Part shown: positions 33,113 to 41,709 of the stretch, one piece after another
Layout of the letters: each line of letters begins with the position of its first letter
Numbering within the stretch: the stretch's first letter is position 1
From: Vicinamibacteria bacterium
GTDB lineage: Bacteria > Acidobacteriota > Vicinamibacteria > Vicinamibacterales > JAENWD01
Assembly (NCBI GenBank): GCA_963832135.1
Contig: CAWHTD010000016.1
Span: 1,186,445-1,250,444 of the forward strand
Direction of reading: 5' to 3'
Length of the DNA stretch: 64,000 nucleotides
Notes under the pieces: generated by a model
Told to the model about the DNA's origin: nothing
What the model saw: only the letters and a program-made list of their open reading frames with translations
The model's database searches: none
Made by a program: the position numbers and the translations under genes

Positions 33113-33212
33113 CTTAACAGTGCCTGGCACTGTTAAGCACAATTCCGCGCCTTAACAGTGCCAGGCACTGTTAAGAGAAGAATCTGGTCTTAACCGTGCC
33201 TGGCACCATTAG
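33113..33212. repeat. Three palindromes CTTAACAGTGCCwGGCACTGTTAAG at a 38-bp period
   Basis: Starts at 33113, 33151 and 33189 (third degenerate). Confidence 0.9.
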
Positions 33213-34150
33213 CGGCGCAGGAATTGGTCGACATCGGGTGCGCGCGGCAGGCCGTCGCGCGCGCCGAGCGACCGGCACTTGAGCGCTGCGACCGCAGTCG
33301 CGTACGTCAGCACGTCGGCGACGTCGGCCTCCATCCCCGCCTGCAGGTAGCCGCTGATGAACCCGCCGCGGAATGCGTCGCCCGCCCCCGTGCTGTCGAC
33401 CACCGGCACCTCGAAGGCCGGCGTGCGGATTTCACGCCCCTGACAGATCGCCAGACTGCCCGACGCCCCGAGCGTCACGCACGCGACCGCCGGACCATAC
33501 TCGCGCGCCATCGCTGAAAGTGCGGTGCCAGTGTCGTGGTGCCCGGTCAGGCGCTCGGGGAGTCCCTCCGACGCGATGATGACATCGATGTGACGCAGGA
33601 GCGCCGGCACCCCGGGCAACACCGCTTCGACGTCGATCACCGTCAGCGCGCCACTCGCCCGAGCGGCCTTGGCGGCGGTCGTCGCCGCTGGAATGTCCTC
33701 GCAATCGACGTGCAGCACGCGAGCGCAGGTCCAGACCTCCCCCGCGACGTCTCCCGGGCGCAGCGCCAGTGCCGGGTCGCGATCCCACAGGACTGTGCGA
33801 TCGCCCGTGCGGCCGTCGACGATCACCATCGCGAACCGTGTCCGCGCCTGCACGGTTTCCGCCGCCGAGACGTCGACGCCTTCCTGCTCCAGGCTCGTGA
33901 GACCAACATGTCCGAGCTCATCGTTCCCGAACCGGCCCACGTATCGGGAGCGCCAGCCAAGCCTCGCGCAACAAACCATGGCCGAGGCGACTTGCCCACC
34001 CGGGAGCCGGCCGAACTGCTCGATTCGATGCTTCGTGTTGCTGCGCGGAAAGACGCCCACGACGGCCACCAGGTCGACGCTGTTCTGGCCGAGGCCCAGG
34101 ACGTCGAACCGACGATCGGCTGCGTCCAGCAGCGAAAACGGAATCTGCAC
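33209..34150 (-). CDS. PfkB family carbohydrate kinase
   Basis: PGGQVASA, DSTGAGDAF signature. Confidence 0.92.
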   Translation of the reverse strand: MQIPFSLLDAADRRFDVLGLGQNSVDLVAVVGVFPRSNTKHRIEQFGRLPGGQVASAMVCCARLGWRSRYVGRFGNDELGHVGLTSLEQEGVDVSAAETVQARTRFAMVIVDGRTGDRTVLWDRDPALALRPGDVAGEVWTCARVLHVDCEDIPAATTAAKAARASGALTVIDVEAVLPGVPALLRHIDVIIASEGLPERLTGHHDTGTALSAMAREYGPAVACVTLGASGSLAICQGREIRTPAFEVPVVDSTGAGDAFRGGFISGYLQAGMEADVADVLTYATAVAALKCRSLGARDGLPRAPDVDQFLRR

Positions 34151-34320
34151 GGCCGGTGATGCTAGCACGGGGATCGATGACGCCACGGATCCGCGCCGCC
34201 GATGTCCTTGACTGACCACGAGGGGTAGACGCACCCTTTCCCCGGCCAGCGGACGTACCACGGCAATCAAGCGGCGAAGCCGGAGCGCTAAAGACGAAGT
34301 GGAAGGAAGCGGGGGCGGGC

Positions 34321-34375
34321 GAAGAAGGCTAGAAGGGACGACGACCTTGACCTTCGCCTTTCCTTTGCGTAATAT
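34321..34375 (+). promoter_or_regulatory. lexA promoter with candidate LexA boxes
   Basis: TTGACC(34347)-N17-TAATAT(34370); GAAG-N7-GAAG at 34321-34335 and CTTC-N7-CTTT at 34352-34366. Confidence 0.65.
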
Positions 34376-34383
34376 GGCCGTCC

Positions 34384-34989
34384 ATGATGCCGCTCACCAA
34401 GCGCCAACGCGAAATCCTCGACTATCTGAACGAGTTCATCCAGCGTCACGGGTACGCGCCCAGCCTCGAGGAAATCGGAAAGCGGTTCAACCTCTCGTCT
34501 CTCGCTACTGTCCACAAGCACCTGACCAACCTGCAGGAGAAAGGCTTCATCAAGCGGGCCTGGAACCGCAGCCGTTCTGTCGAGCTGATGCCGACGCGCG
34601 CAGGTGGACGCGCCGTCGAGCTGCCTCTGCTCGGCTACGTCGCCGCCGGGATGCCGATTGAAGCCGTCGCTACCAACGAAACGATTTCAGTGCCCGAGGA
34701 TCTGGTGGGCCGGCGCGATAGCTACGTCCTGCGCGTTCGCGGCAACTCGATGATCGACGAGCAAATCCGCGACGGCGACTTCGTCATCGTCGAGGATCGC
34801 AAGACGGCGGATAACGGGGAGATGGTGATTGCGCTGCTCGGCGGCGCCGATGCCACCCTGAAGAAGTTCTATCGCGAGGCGAACGGCGTGCGCCTGCAAC
34901 CCGCGAATCCGACCATGCAGCCCATCATGGTCCCTGCCGACCAGGTACAGATTCAAGGCGTGGTCGTTGGAGTGATGCGGAAGTACTGA
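34384..34989 (+). CDS. lexA: SOS repressor LexA
   Basis: LTKRQREILDY, VAAG cleavage site, GNSM, TLKK. Confidence 0.97.
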   Translation: MMPLTKRQREILDYLNEFIQRHGYAPSLEEIGKRFNLSSLATVHKHLTNLQEKGFIKRAWNRSRSVELMPTRAGGRAVELPLLGYVAAGMPIEAVATNETISVPEDLVGRRDSYVLRVRGNSMIDEQIRDGDFVIVEDRKTADNGEMVIALLGGADATLKKFYREANGVRLQPANPTMQPIMVPADQVQIQGVVVGVMRKY

Positions 34990-35022
34990 CGCGGCGGGCC
35001 GACAACTGCGCGGCTCACACCG

Positions 35023-35154
35023 GCGGGGCTGAAGCCCCGCCTCCACAGCTGACACTTGCACCCGTCGCACCGTTCGCAACCCCACACCGCGCACCGTCGC
35101 ACCAGTCGCACCTGACCCACCCGTCCCGCACCTGACGCGCCCCGTCGCTCCTGA
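35023..35154. repeat. REP plus degenerate 9-mer array (GCACCnGTC)n
   Basis: GCGGGGCTGAAGCCCCGC at 35023-35040; about 10 GCACC units follow. Confidence 0.75.
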
Positions 35155-35167
35155 TCTAAACTCCCCT

Positions 35168-35482
35168 ATGGCCGAACTGAAGCAGATCAACTTCACCATC
35201 GTGCCGGACGATGACGGGCGGAACGAGCGGACGTACGCGAACTTCTGTGCCATTTCGCAGACGCCGTTCGATTGCACGCTGACGTTCTGCGAGGTGCAGC
35301 CGCTCTCCGAGGACGAGATTCGCACGCTGAACAGCTCGACCCCCGGAGCCGAGATGGTCGTCCGTGCGCCCATCCGCGCCAGGCTGGTGGTGCCCTTCCA
35401 GGTCCTGCCCAATCTCGTCGCCGCCCTTCAGGAGCAACTGAGAAACGTCGGCGCGGCCGCGCCTGGCGGTCCCGTGCACTGA
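35168..35482 (+). CDS. DUF3467-like small protein
   Basis: YANF..I..TPFD.TL.F pattern. Confidence 0.75.
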   Translation: MAELKQINFTIVPDDDGRNERTYANFCAISQTPFDCTLTFCEVQPLSEDEIRTLNSSTPGAEMVVRAPIRARLVVPFQVLPNLVAALQEQLRNVGAAAPGGPVH

Positions 35483-35490
35483 GGCGCGCC

Positions 35491-36237
35491 GTGGCCGATC
35501 CCCGACCCCGCTCCGAGACGATTGCCATCCTCAATCAGCTCGAGCGTCAGCATCCGGACGCAGACACGGAGCTCCACTACCGCACGCCGTTCGAACTGCT
35601 GATCGCCACGATTCTTTCGGCGCAATCAACCGACGTGCGGGTCAATCAGGTCACACCCACGCTGTTTGAAAAGTATCCGGACGCTCGTGCGCTTGCCGCG
35701 GCCGCGCCGGAGGCGCTGGAACCGATGATTGTGTCGACCGGATTCTTCAGAAGTAAGGCGCGATCGATCGTCGGTGCGGCGCGCGCGCTCGTGGCGGAGC
35801 ACGGCGGCGAGGTGCCGGCCGACATGGCAGCCCTCACCGCGCTCCCGGGCGTGGGACGCAAAACCGCCAACGTCGTTCTCGGACACGCGCTCGGCGTTCC
35901 CGGGCTGCCGGTCGATCGTCACGTCCTACGCGTCGCCAATCGTCTGGGCATCGCGGCGTCGGACGATCCCGAGATCGTCGAGCGCCAGCTGTGCGCGGCC
36001 CTGCCGCGGAAGCGCTGGACGCGGACCTCCGACACGCTGATTCTTCACGGCAGGCGGGTCTGCCGGCCGAACCCGCTGTGCGATCGCTGCAATGCCCGCG
36101 ATCTGTGCCGGTACTATGCCGCCCTGTCGGCCGTGCCGGCGGCGCGCGCACGCAAGCGTCCGGCTGGCGCCGCGAAGGGTCGGGCGTCTGGCAGCCGCGC
36201 CGCTACACCACGTCGCCGCAAGAGAATCCCGAAGTGA
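35491..36237 (+). CDS. nth: Endonuclease III
   Basis: LSAQSTD, HhH LPGVGRKTANV, VDRH, C-x6-C-x2-C-x5-C. Confidence 0.96.
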   Translation: MADPRPRSETIAILNQLERQHPDADTELHYRTPFELLIATILSAQSTDVRVNQVTPTLFEKYPDARALAAAAPEALEPMIVSTGFFRSKARSIVGAARALVAEHGGEVPADMAALTALPGVGRKTANVVLGHALGVPGLPVDRHVLRVANRLGIAASDDPEIVERQLCAALPRKRWTRTSDTLILHGRRVCRPNPLCDRCNARDLCRYYAALSAVPAARARKRPAGAAKGRASGSRAATPRRRKRIPK

Positions 36238-36671
36238 CGCGCGAGGCATTCGAGGCGCTCGTCCGCGAGGCGCTTGGCGCAATCCCGCGGCAGTTTCGCG
36301 ACCGGATGCGCAACGTCGAGATCGTCGTCGAGGACCGCGCGTCGCGCGAGCTCGAGGCGGAGATGGCGGACGAGCCGGGCGAGACGCTGTTCGGCCTCTA
36401 CCAGGGCACGCCACTCACCGAGCGCGGCTGGGCCCACGGCAACGCGCTTCCCGATCGGATCACGCTCTACCAGCGCGCCATCGAGGAGGCCTCGGAGACC
36501 GAAGACGACGTGTTCGACGAGGTGTGCCTCACGCTGATACACGAGGCCGGGCACTTCTTCGGATTGTCGGAAGACGAGATTGAGGCGATCGAGGACGAGT
36601 TCTGGTACTCGTCTGGCGAATCGGATCGCGAGGGCGACGCCGGAAAGCCGCCCGGCGGCGGCCGAGGGTGA
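36234..36671 (+). CDS. Zinicin-like metallopeptidase (DUF1025 type)
   Basis: LFGLYQG.PL, PDRITLYQ, HEAGHFFG. Confidence 0.88.
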   Translation: MTREAFEALVREALGAIPRQFRDRMRNVEIVVEDRASRELEAEMADEPGETLFGLYQGTPLTERGWAHGNALPDRITLYQRAIEEASETEDDVFDEVCLTLIHEAGHFFGLSEDEIEAIEDEFWYSSGESDREGDAGKPPGGGRG

Positions 36672-37462
36672 GACCCCGCAAGCGCTTCGGGCAGCACTTC
36701 CTCGAGCCGGCGTGGGTGGCGAAACTCGTCGCGGCGATCGACCCCAGGCCTGATCAAACGTTCATCGAGATCGGTCCGGGGCGCGGAGCGCTGACCGAAC
36801 CGCTGTCGGCGCGGGCGAACCGCGTCATCGGGATCGAAGTCGATCGGGATCTGGCGGCCGCGTTGACGCAGCGCGCGATGGCCAATGTCGAGATCGTCGA
36901 AGCCGACATCCTCAGCGTCGATCTCGGGACGCTCGGTCTCGTTCCGGGCACACGCGTTGCCGGCAACCTCCCCTACAACATCTCCTCGCCGATCCTGGCG
37001 CGCCTGGTTGCCTTGCAGCGCTCGACCGGCCTCCTGCGCGACGCCACGCTCATGCTCCAACGCGAGCTCGTCGACCGGATCGTGGCCGCGCCCGGCTCGG
37101 GCGACTACGGGCCGCTCGCGATTCTCATCGGACTGGCGGCGCGGGTCGCGCGCCTCATGACCTTGCCGCCCGGCGCGTTCCGCCCTCTGCCGAGAGTAAC
37201 GTCGGCCGTTGTTCACCTCGAATTTCTGGACGCGGCGGCGCTGGGCGCGTTGCCGGCATCCCTCGATCGGCTGGTTCGACAGGCATTCACCCGCCGGAGA
37301 AAGACGCTCGGCAACGCGCTGGCGGGGACCGACGCCTTCCCGTACCGTGCCGCGTTGTCGTCTCTCCTGGCGGATGCCGGTCTCGACGAGCGGCGGCGGC
37401 CGGAGATGCTCTCGCCGGCCGAATGGGTGGCGCTGGCCCGCCTGGCGGAAAAGACTTCCTGA
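36668..37462 (+). CDS. rsmA: 16S rRNA dimethyladenosine transferase
   Basis: RKRFGQHFL, EIGPGRG, GNLPYNIS. Confidence 0.96.
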   Translation: MRPRKRFGQHFLEPAWVAKLVAAIDPRPDQTFIEIGPGRGALTEPLSARANRVIGIEVDRDLAAALTQRAMANVEIVEADILSVDLGTLGLVPGTRVAGNLPYNISSPILARLVALQRSTGLLRDATLMLQRELVDRIVAAPGSGDYGPLAILIGLAARVARLMTLPPGAFRPLPRVTSAVVHLEFLDAAALGALPASLDRLVRQAFTRRRKTLGNALAGTDAFPYRAALSSLLADAGLDERRRPEMLSPAEWVALARLAEKTS

Positions 37463-37653
37463 AAAACGCTTGCCTTCCGATCGTCTGCAACCGTCGGCTG
37501 TGCTATAGTTTCCGGCGTTCTCTCTCTCCTGTTTTTGGCTTCACAGGCTGTCCCAGCGGCCTGCTGCAACTGACATCCGGGCGCCCGCTCAGATGTTGTT
37601 GCGTTTCCGGTCGGCGCGCGTACGGAGCGCGGCCGGGGCAGGTGTCGGGTCGG

Positions 37654-39324
37654 ATGGCAGTCAGCATACGCGCGCTCGAAATCGTCCCGCTCGGCGGACT
37701 GGGCGAGTTCGGCATGAACATGATGGCGATCTCGTGGGCCGAGACGACCATCGTCGTCGACGCGGGGGCGATGTTCCCCGGGCCCGAACTGCTGGGCGTC
37801 GACCTGATCGTGCCGGACCTCACCTATCTGCAAGGGCGCCGTGTGACGGCGCTCGTGCTGACGCACGGGCACGAAGATCACATTGGCGGCGTGCCTTACG
37901 TGTGGCCGCTCCTCGATGGCCCGGTGTTCGCCACGCCGTTCACGCTCGCGCTCGTCGAGCCAAAGCTCTCGGAGCATCAGATCGAGGCGGGCGATCGACT
38001 GCAGCCCGTGCGGCCCGGCGATCGCCGGCAAGCGGGCGACTTCGAAATCGAGTTCCTGCGCGTCACGCACAGCATTCCGGATTGTGTCGCGCTCGCGATC
38101 CACACGCCGGCGGGCACCATCGTGCACACCGGCGACTTCAAGGTGGATCAGACGCCGCTCGACGGACGGCACTTCGATTTGCACCGCTTCGCGACGCTCG
38201 GATCGGAAGGCGTGCTGGCGCTCTTCGCCGACAGCACGAACATCGACCGCCCGGGATTCACGGGGTCGGAGCTCGAAGTGGTCGGCGCGTTCGAGGAGAT
38301 CTTCACGTCATCGACGGGCATGCTCGTTGTGGCGACGTTTGCCTCGAGCATCTATCGGATGCAGGTGCTCGTCCGCCTGGCCGAGCGTTTCGGCCGCAAG
38401 GTGGCGTTCATCGGCCGGTCGATGGTGCAGAACTCCGAGATCGCGATGCGCCTCGGCTATCTGTCGGTGCCTGCAGGACTGCAGATACGCGACAGCGAGG
38501 TGCCCGCGCATCCGCCAGGTTCGGTTCTGTGCATCACTACTGGCTCGCAGGGCGAGCCGCGCTCGGCCCTCTCGCGGATCGCGATCGACGACCACCGGCA
38601 CGTGAAGATCGGGCCCGGCGATACGGTCGTGCTCTCGGCGCGCGCGATCCCGGGCAACGAAAAGGCGATCGGCCGCGTCGTGAACCACGCGACGCGGCGA
38701 GGCGCCGATATCATCACGGCCGCAACCAAACACGTGCACGTCTCGGGGCACGGCAGCGAGGAGGAGCTGAAACTGGTGCTGTCGCTCGTGCGTCCGCGCT
38801 ACTTCGTGCCGGTCCATGGCGAATACCGCCACCTGGCGCTTCACCGCCGCGTGGCCGAGCGCGTGACGAAAGGATCGGAGCGTCCGGTCGACGTCATGCT
38901 CGTCGAGAACGGCGACATCCTGCAATTCGACGGCGAGGGTGCGTCCGTCGTCGGCAAGGCGCCCACGGGACGCGTCCTCATCGACGACACGCGGGTGGGC
39001 GAAGTCGCCGACGAGGTGCTGCGCGATCGACGCCATCTGGCGGTCGACGGAATCGTGCTCCCGATCGTCGCCATCCGGAAGCAGGATGGCGAGCTGGTGG
39101 GCTCGCCTGAAATCATCACACGCGGCGTCGTCGCCGAGGCGTCGAGTGAAGCGCTGCTCGCAGATGGGTCACGGCTGCTGGAGGATGTCATCGGAGAGCT
39201 GGGGATAGAGGAGCGGACCGATCCTGGTCTCCTGCGCGAGACCATTCGCCTCGAGACGCGGCGGTTCTTCCGCAAACGGACGGCGCGGCGGCCGCTGGTG
39301 CTGCCGGTCGTCATGGAGATCTGA
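37654..39324 (+). CDS. rnj: Ribonuclease J
   Basis: PLGGLGEFGMN, THGHEDHIG, TGSQGEP, HVSGH, PVHGEYRH. Confidence 0.96.
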   Translation: MAVSIRALEIVPLGGLGEFGMNMMAISWAETTIVVDAGAMFPGPELLGVDLIVPDLTYLQGRRVTALVLTHGHEDHIGGVPYVWPLLDGPVFATPFTLALVEPKLSEHQIEAGDRLQPVRPGDRRQAGDFEIEFLRVTHSIPDCVALAIHTPAGTIVHTGDFKVDQTPLDGRHFDLHRFATLGSEGVLALFADSTNIDRPGFTGSELEVVGAFEEIFTSSTGMLVVATFASSIYRMQVLVRLAERFGRKVAFIGRSMVQNSEIAMRLGYLSVPAGLQIRDSEVPAHPPGSVLCITTGSQGEPRSALSRIAIDDHRHVKIGPGDTVVLSARAIPGNEKAIGRVVNHATRRGADIITAATKHVHVSGHGSEEELKLVLSLVRPRYFVPVHGEYRHLALHRRVAERVTKGSERPVDVMLVENGDILQFDGEGASVVGKAPTGRVLIDDTRVGEVADEVLRDRRHLAVDGIVLPIVAIRKQDGELVGSPEIITRGVVAEASSEALLADGSRLLEDVIGELGIEERTDPGLLRETIRLETRRFFRKRTARRPLVLPVVMEI

Positions 39325-39330
39325 TCACAC

Positions 39331-41697
39331 GTGGCCACCATATCCACTTTGTCCCGGCGGGCGAGCGAGTTTGCAGGCGTCGCCCTGTTTGCGGCGGCGC
39401 TCATCTGGCTGATCGCGCTCGTCACGCACGAGCCGACCGACCCCGTGTGGTTCTTCACGGCCGGCGACGCCCACTCGGCGTCCAATTTCGTCGGCCTCGT
39501 CGGCGCGTTTCTCTCGGAGGCGTCCCTGCAGGTGTTTGGGTATGCGTCGTTTCTCGTGCCGGCCCTTCTGGCCATCGGTGGATGGAACTTCTTCTGGTGC
39601 CGGCACCTCGACGCCGCGTACACGAAGGCGATCGGGGCGGGTCTCTTCTTCGGCTGCCTCAGTGCCCTGTTGGCGCTCATCGTCGGCAGGACGGAGTTGA
39701 ACGGGCGCACGTTCCGCGCGGGAGGGTACGTGGGCGAGTGGATCGCCGACATGTCGGCGGCGTATTTGAACCGGCCGGGAGCCATCATCGTCGTCCTGAC
39801 GCTTGCAGTGCTCGCCGTGATTCTGGCGACACAGTTCTCGTTCGGGCGGAGCTTCGCCGCAGGAATTCACGGGACGGTCAGCCTGACGAGCCAGGGGTTC
39901 GCGTCATTCAAGGCGTGGCGCGAGGAGCGGCGGCGAGAGGCGGAGCGGCGCGAGGTCATCGCCAAGCACACGAAGAAGAACGGATCGGAAGTGGGCGCCG
40001 ACGCGAGGGCCGCTGTGACAGCCAGCCGCGTCGCCCGCAGCAAGGAACGCGAGCGCGCGATCGAGGACGCCGACGACGAGCGAGACATTCCGCCCCCCCC
40101 CGTGCCCCCGCGTCGCCGTCAGCCGCAGGAGCCGCCCGCAGTCGCGCCGTCGGGCCGGGAGACGCGCGCGCGGGTCGTGACGCCGGCGCTGCCGCTCGAC
40201 GACGTGGATCCGACGTCGCGGACGCCGGTGGAACGCCGTATGGGCGGATTCACGCTGCCGCCGTTGTCGCTGCTCGATGCCCCGAAGGCGGAGCGAAAAA
40301 TCGACGAGCGCGAGCTGATGGAAGGCGCGCGCCTGCTCGAAGAGAAGTGCCGCGAATTCTCGGTCGAAGGGTCCGTCGTGCAGATCCACCCCGGGCCGGT
40401 CGTCACGACGTTCGAGTTCAAGCCCGACGCGGGCGTGAAATACAGCAAAATCACCGGCCTGGCTGATGATCTCTGTCTCGCCCTTCAGGCCGAGTCGATC
40501 CTGATCGATCGGCTTCCCGGCAAATCCACCGTCGGCATCCAGGTGCCCAACAATCTGCGCGAGCAGATTTCGCTCCGCGACATGCTCGAGTCCGAGACCT
40601 ATCGGCGTTCGCCGTCGAAGCTGACGCTGGCGCTCGGCAAGACCATCCACGGCGAGCCATTCGTAGCCGACATGGCCATGATGCCGCACCTGCTCATTGC
40701 CGGCTCCACGGGCACCGGCAAGTCCGTCGGCTTGAACGCGATGCTCACGAGCATCCTCTATCGCGCAACGCCGGACGACGTGCGCCTGATCATGATCGAT
40801 CCCAAACGGCTCGAGCTCGGGATGTACGAGGACATCCCTCACCTCCTGACACCGGTCGTCGTCGATCCGAAACAGGCGGCCAACGCCTTGCGGTGGGCCG
40901 TGCGCGAGATGGAGGAACGGTACAAGACGCTTGCGGCCGAGGGCGTCCGCAACATCGATCAGTACAACCGGAACATCCGCCACTTGATCGAAGAGCAGCA
41001 GCAGAGCAAGGAAGGTGGCGACGTCCCGAAGCAGCTGCCCTTCATCGTCGTCGTCATCGACGAGCTCGCCGATCTGATGATGGTGGCGGGCAATGAAGTC
41101 GAGGAATCCATCTGCCGGCTGGCCCAGATGGCGCGCGCCGTCGGCATCCACCTGATCCTTGCGACGCAGCGCCCCTCCGTCGACGTCATCACGGGTCTCA
41201 TCAAGGCAAATCTTCCGGCGCGCATCGCGTTCCGCGTTTCGTCGCGCATCGACTCGCGGACCGTACTCGACGGCAACGGCGCCGAGCAGCTCCTCGGCAA
41301 GGGGGACATGCTGTTCCTGCCTCCGGCGTCCTCGCGCTACGTGCGTCTGCACGGCCCATACATTTCCGAGCAGGAGAGCGCCCGGCTGGCGAGCTTTCTG
41401 CGCAAGCAGGGCAAGCCAGTCTTCAACGAGAGCATCACCGCCGAAGAACGCGCGACTCAAGCGATGGAATTCGAGAAAGACGACCTGTACGACGACGCCT
41501 CGCGCATCGTCGTCCAGAGCGGCCAGGCGTCCATTTCGTATCTGCAGCGACGGCTGCGGATCGGGTTCAGCCGCGCCGCCCGGCTCGTCGACATGATGGA
41601 AGCCGATGGTCTCGTCTCGCCCGCGGCGGGCGGCAAGGCCCGTGAGGTTCTCGTGAGCAAGGACTACTTCGATGAGGTCGATGCCCAGATCCGGTAG
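39331..41697 (+). CDS. ftsK: DNA translocase FtsK
   Basis: N-terminal TM domain, AGSTGTGKS, IDELADLMM, gamma domain SISYLQRRLRIG. Confidence 0.96.
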   Translation: MATISTLSRRASEFAGVALFAAALIWLIALVTHEPTDPVWFFTAGDAHSASNFVGLVGAFLSEASLQVFGYASFLVPALLAIGGWNFFWCRHLDAAYTKAIGAGLFFGCLSALLALIVGRTELNGRTFRAGGYVGEWIADMSAAYLNRPGAIIVVLTLAVLAVILATQFSFGRSFAAGIHGTVSLTSQGFASFKAWREERRREAERREVIAKHTKKNGSEVGADARAAVTASRVARSKERERAIEDADDERDIPPPPVPPRRRQPQEPPAVAPSGRETRARVVTPALPLDDVDPTSRTPVERRMGGFTLPPLSLLDAPKAERKIDERELMEGARLLEEKCREFSVEGSVVQIHPGPVVTTFEFKPDAGVKYSKITGLADDLCLALQAESILIDRLPGKSTVGIQVPNNLREQISLRDMLESETYRRSPSKLTLALGKTIHGEPFVADMAMMPHLLIAGSTGTGKSVGLNAMLTSILYRATPDDVRLIMIDPKRLELGMYEDIPHLLTPVVVDPKQAANALRWAVREMEERYKTLAAEGVRNIDQYNRNIRHLIEEQQQSKEGGDVPKQLPFIVVVIDELADLMMVAGNEVEESICRLAQMARAVGIHLILATQRPSVDVITGLIKANLPARIAFRVSSRIDSRTVLDGNGAEQLLGKGDMLFLPPASSRYVRLHGPYISEQESARLASFLRKQGKPVFNESITAEERATQAMEFEKDDLYDDASRIVVQSGQASISYLQRRLRIGFSRAARLVDMMEADGLVSPAAGGKAREVLVSKDYFDEVDAQIR

Positions 41698-41709
41698 GAA
41701 GGCGAATAT

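Noticed and set aside
33113-33212. Possible mini-CRISPR array
   Set aside because: Spacers only 13 bp, repeats fully palindromic and mutually inverted, no cas genes or leader
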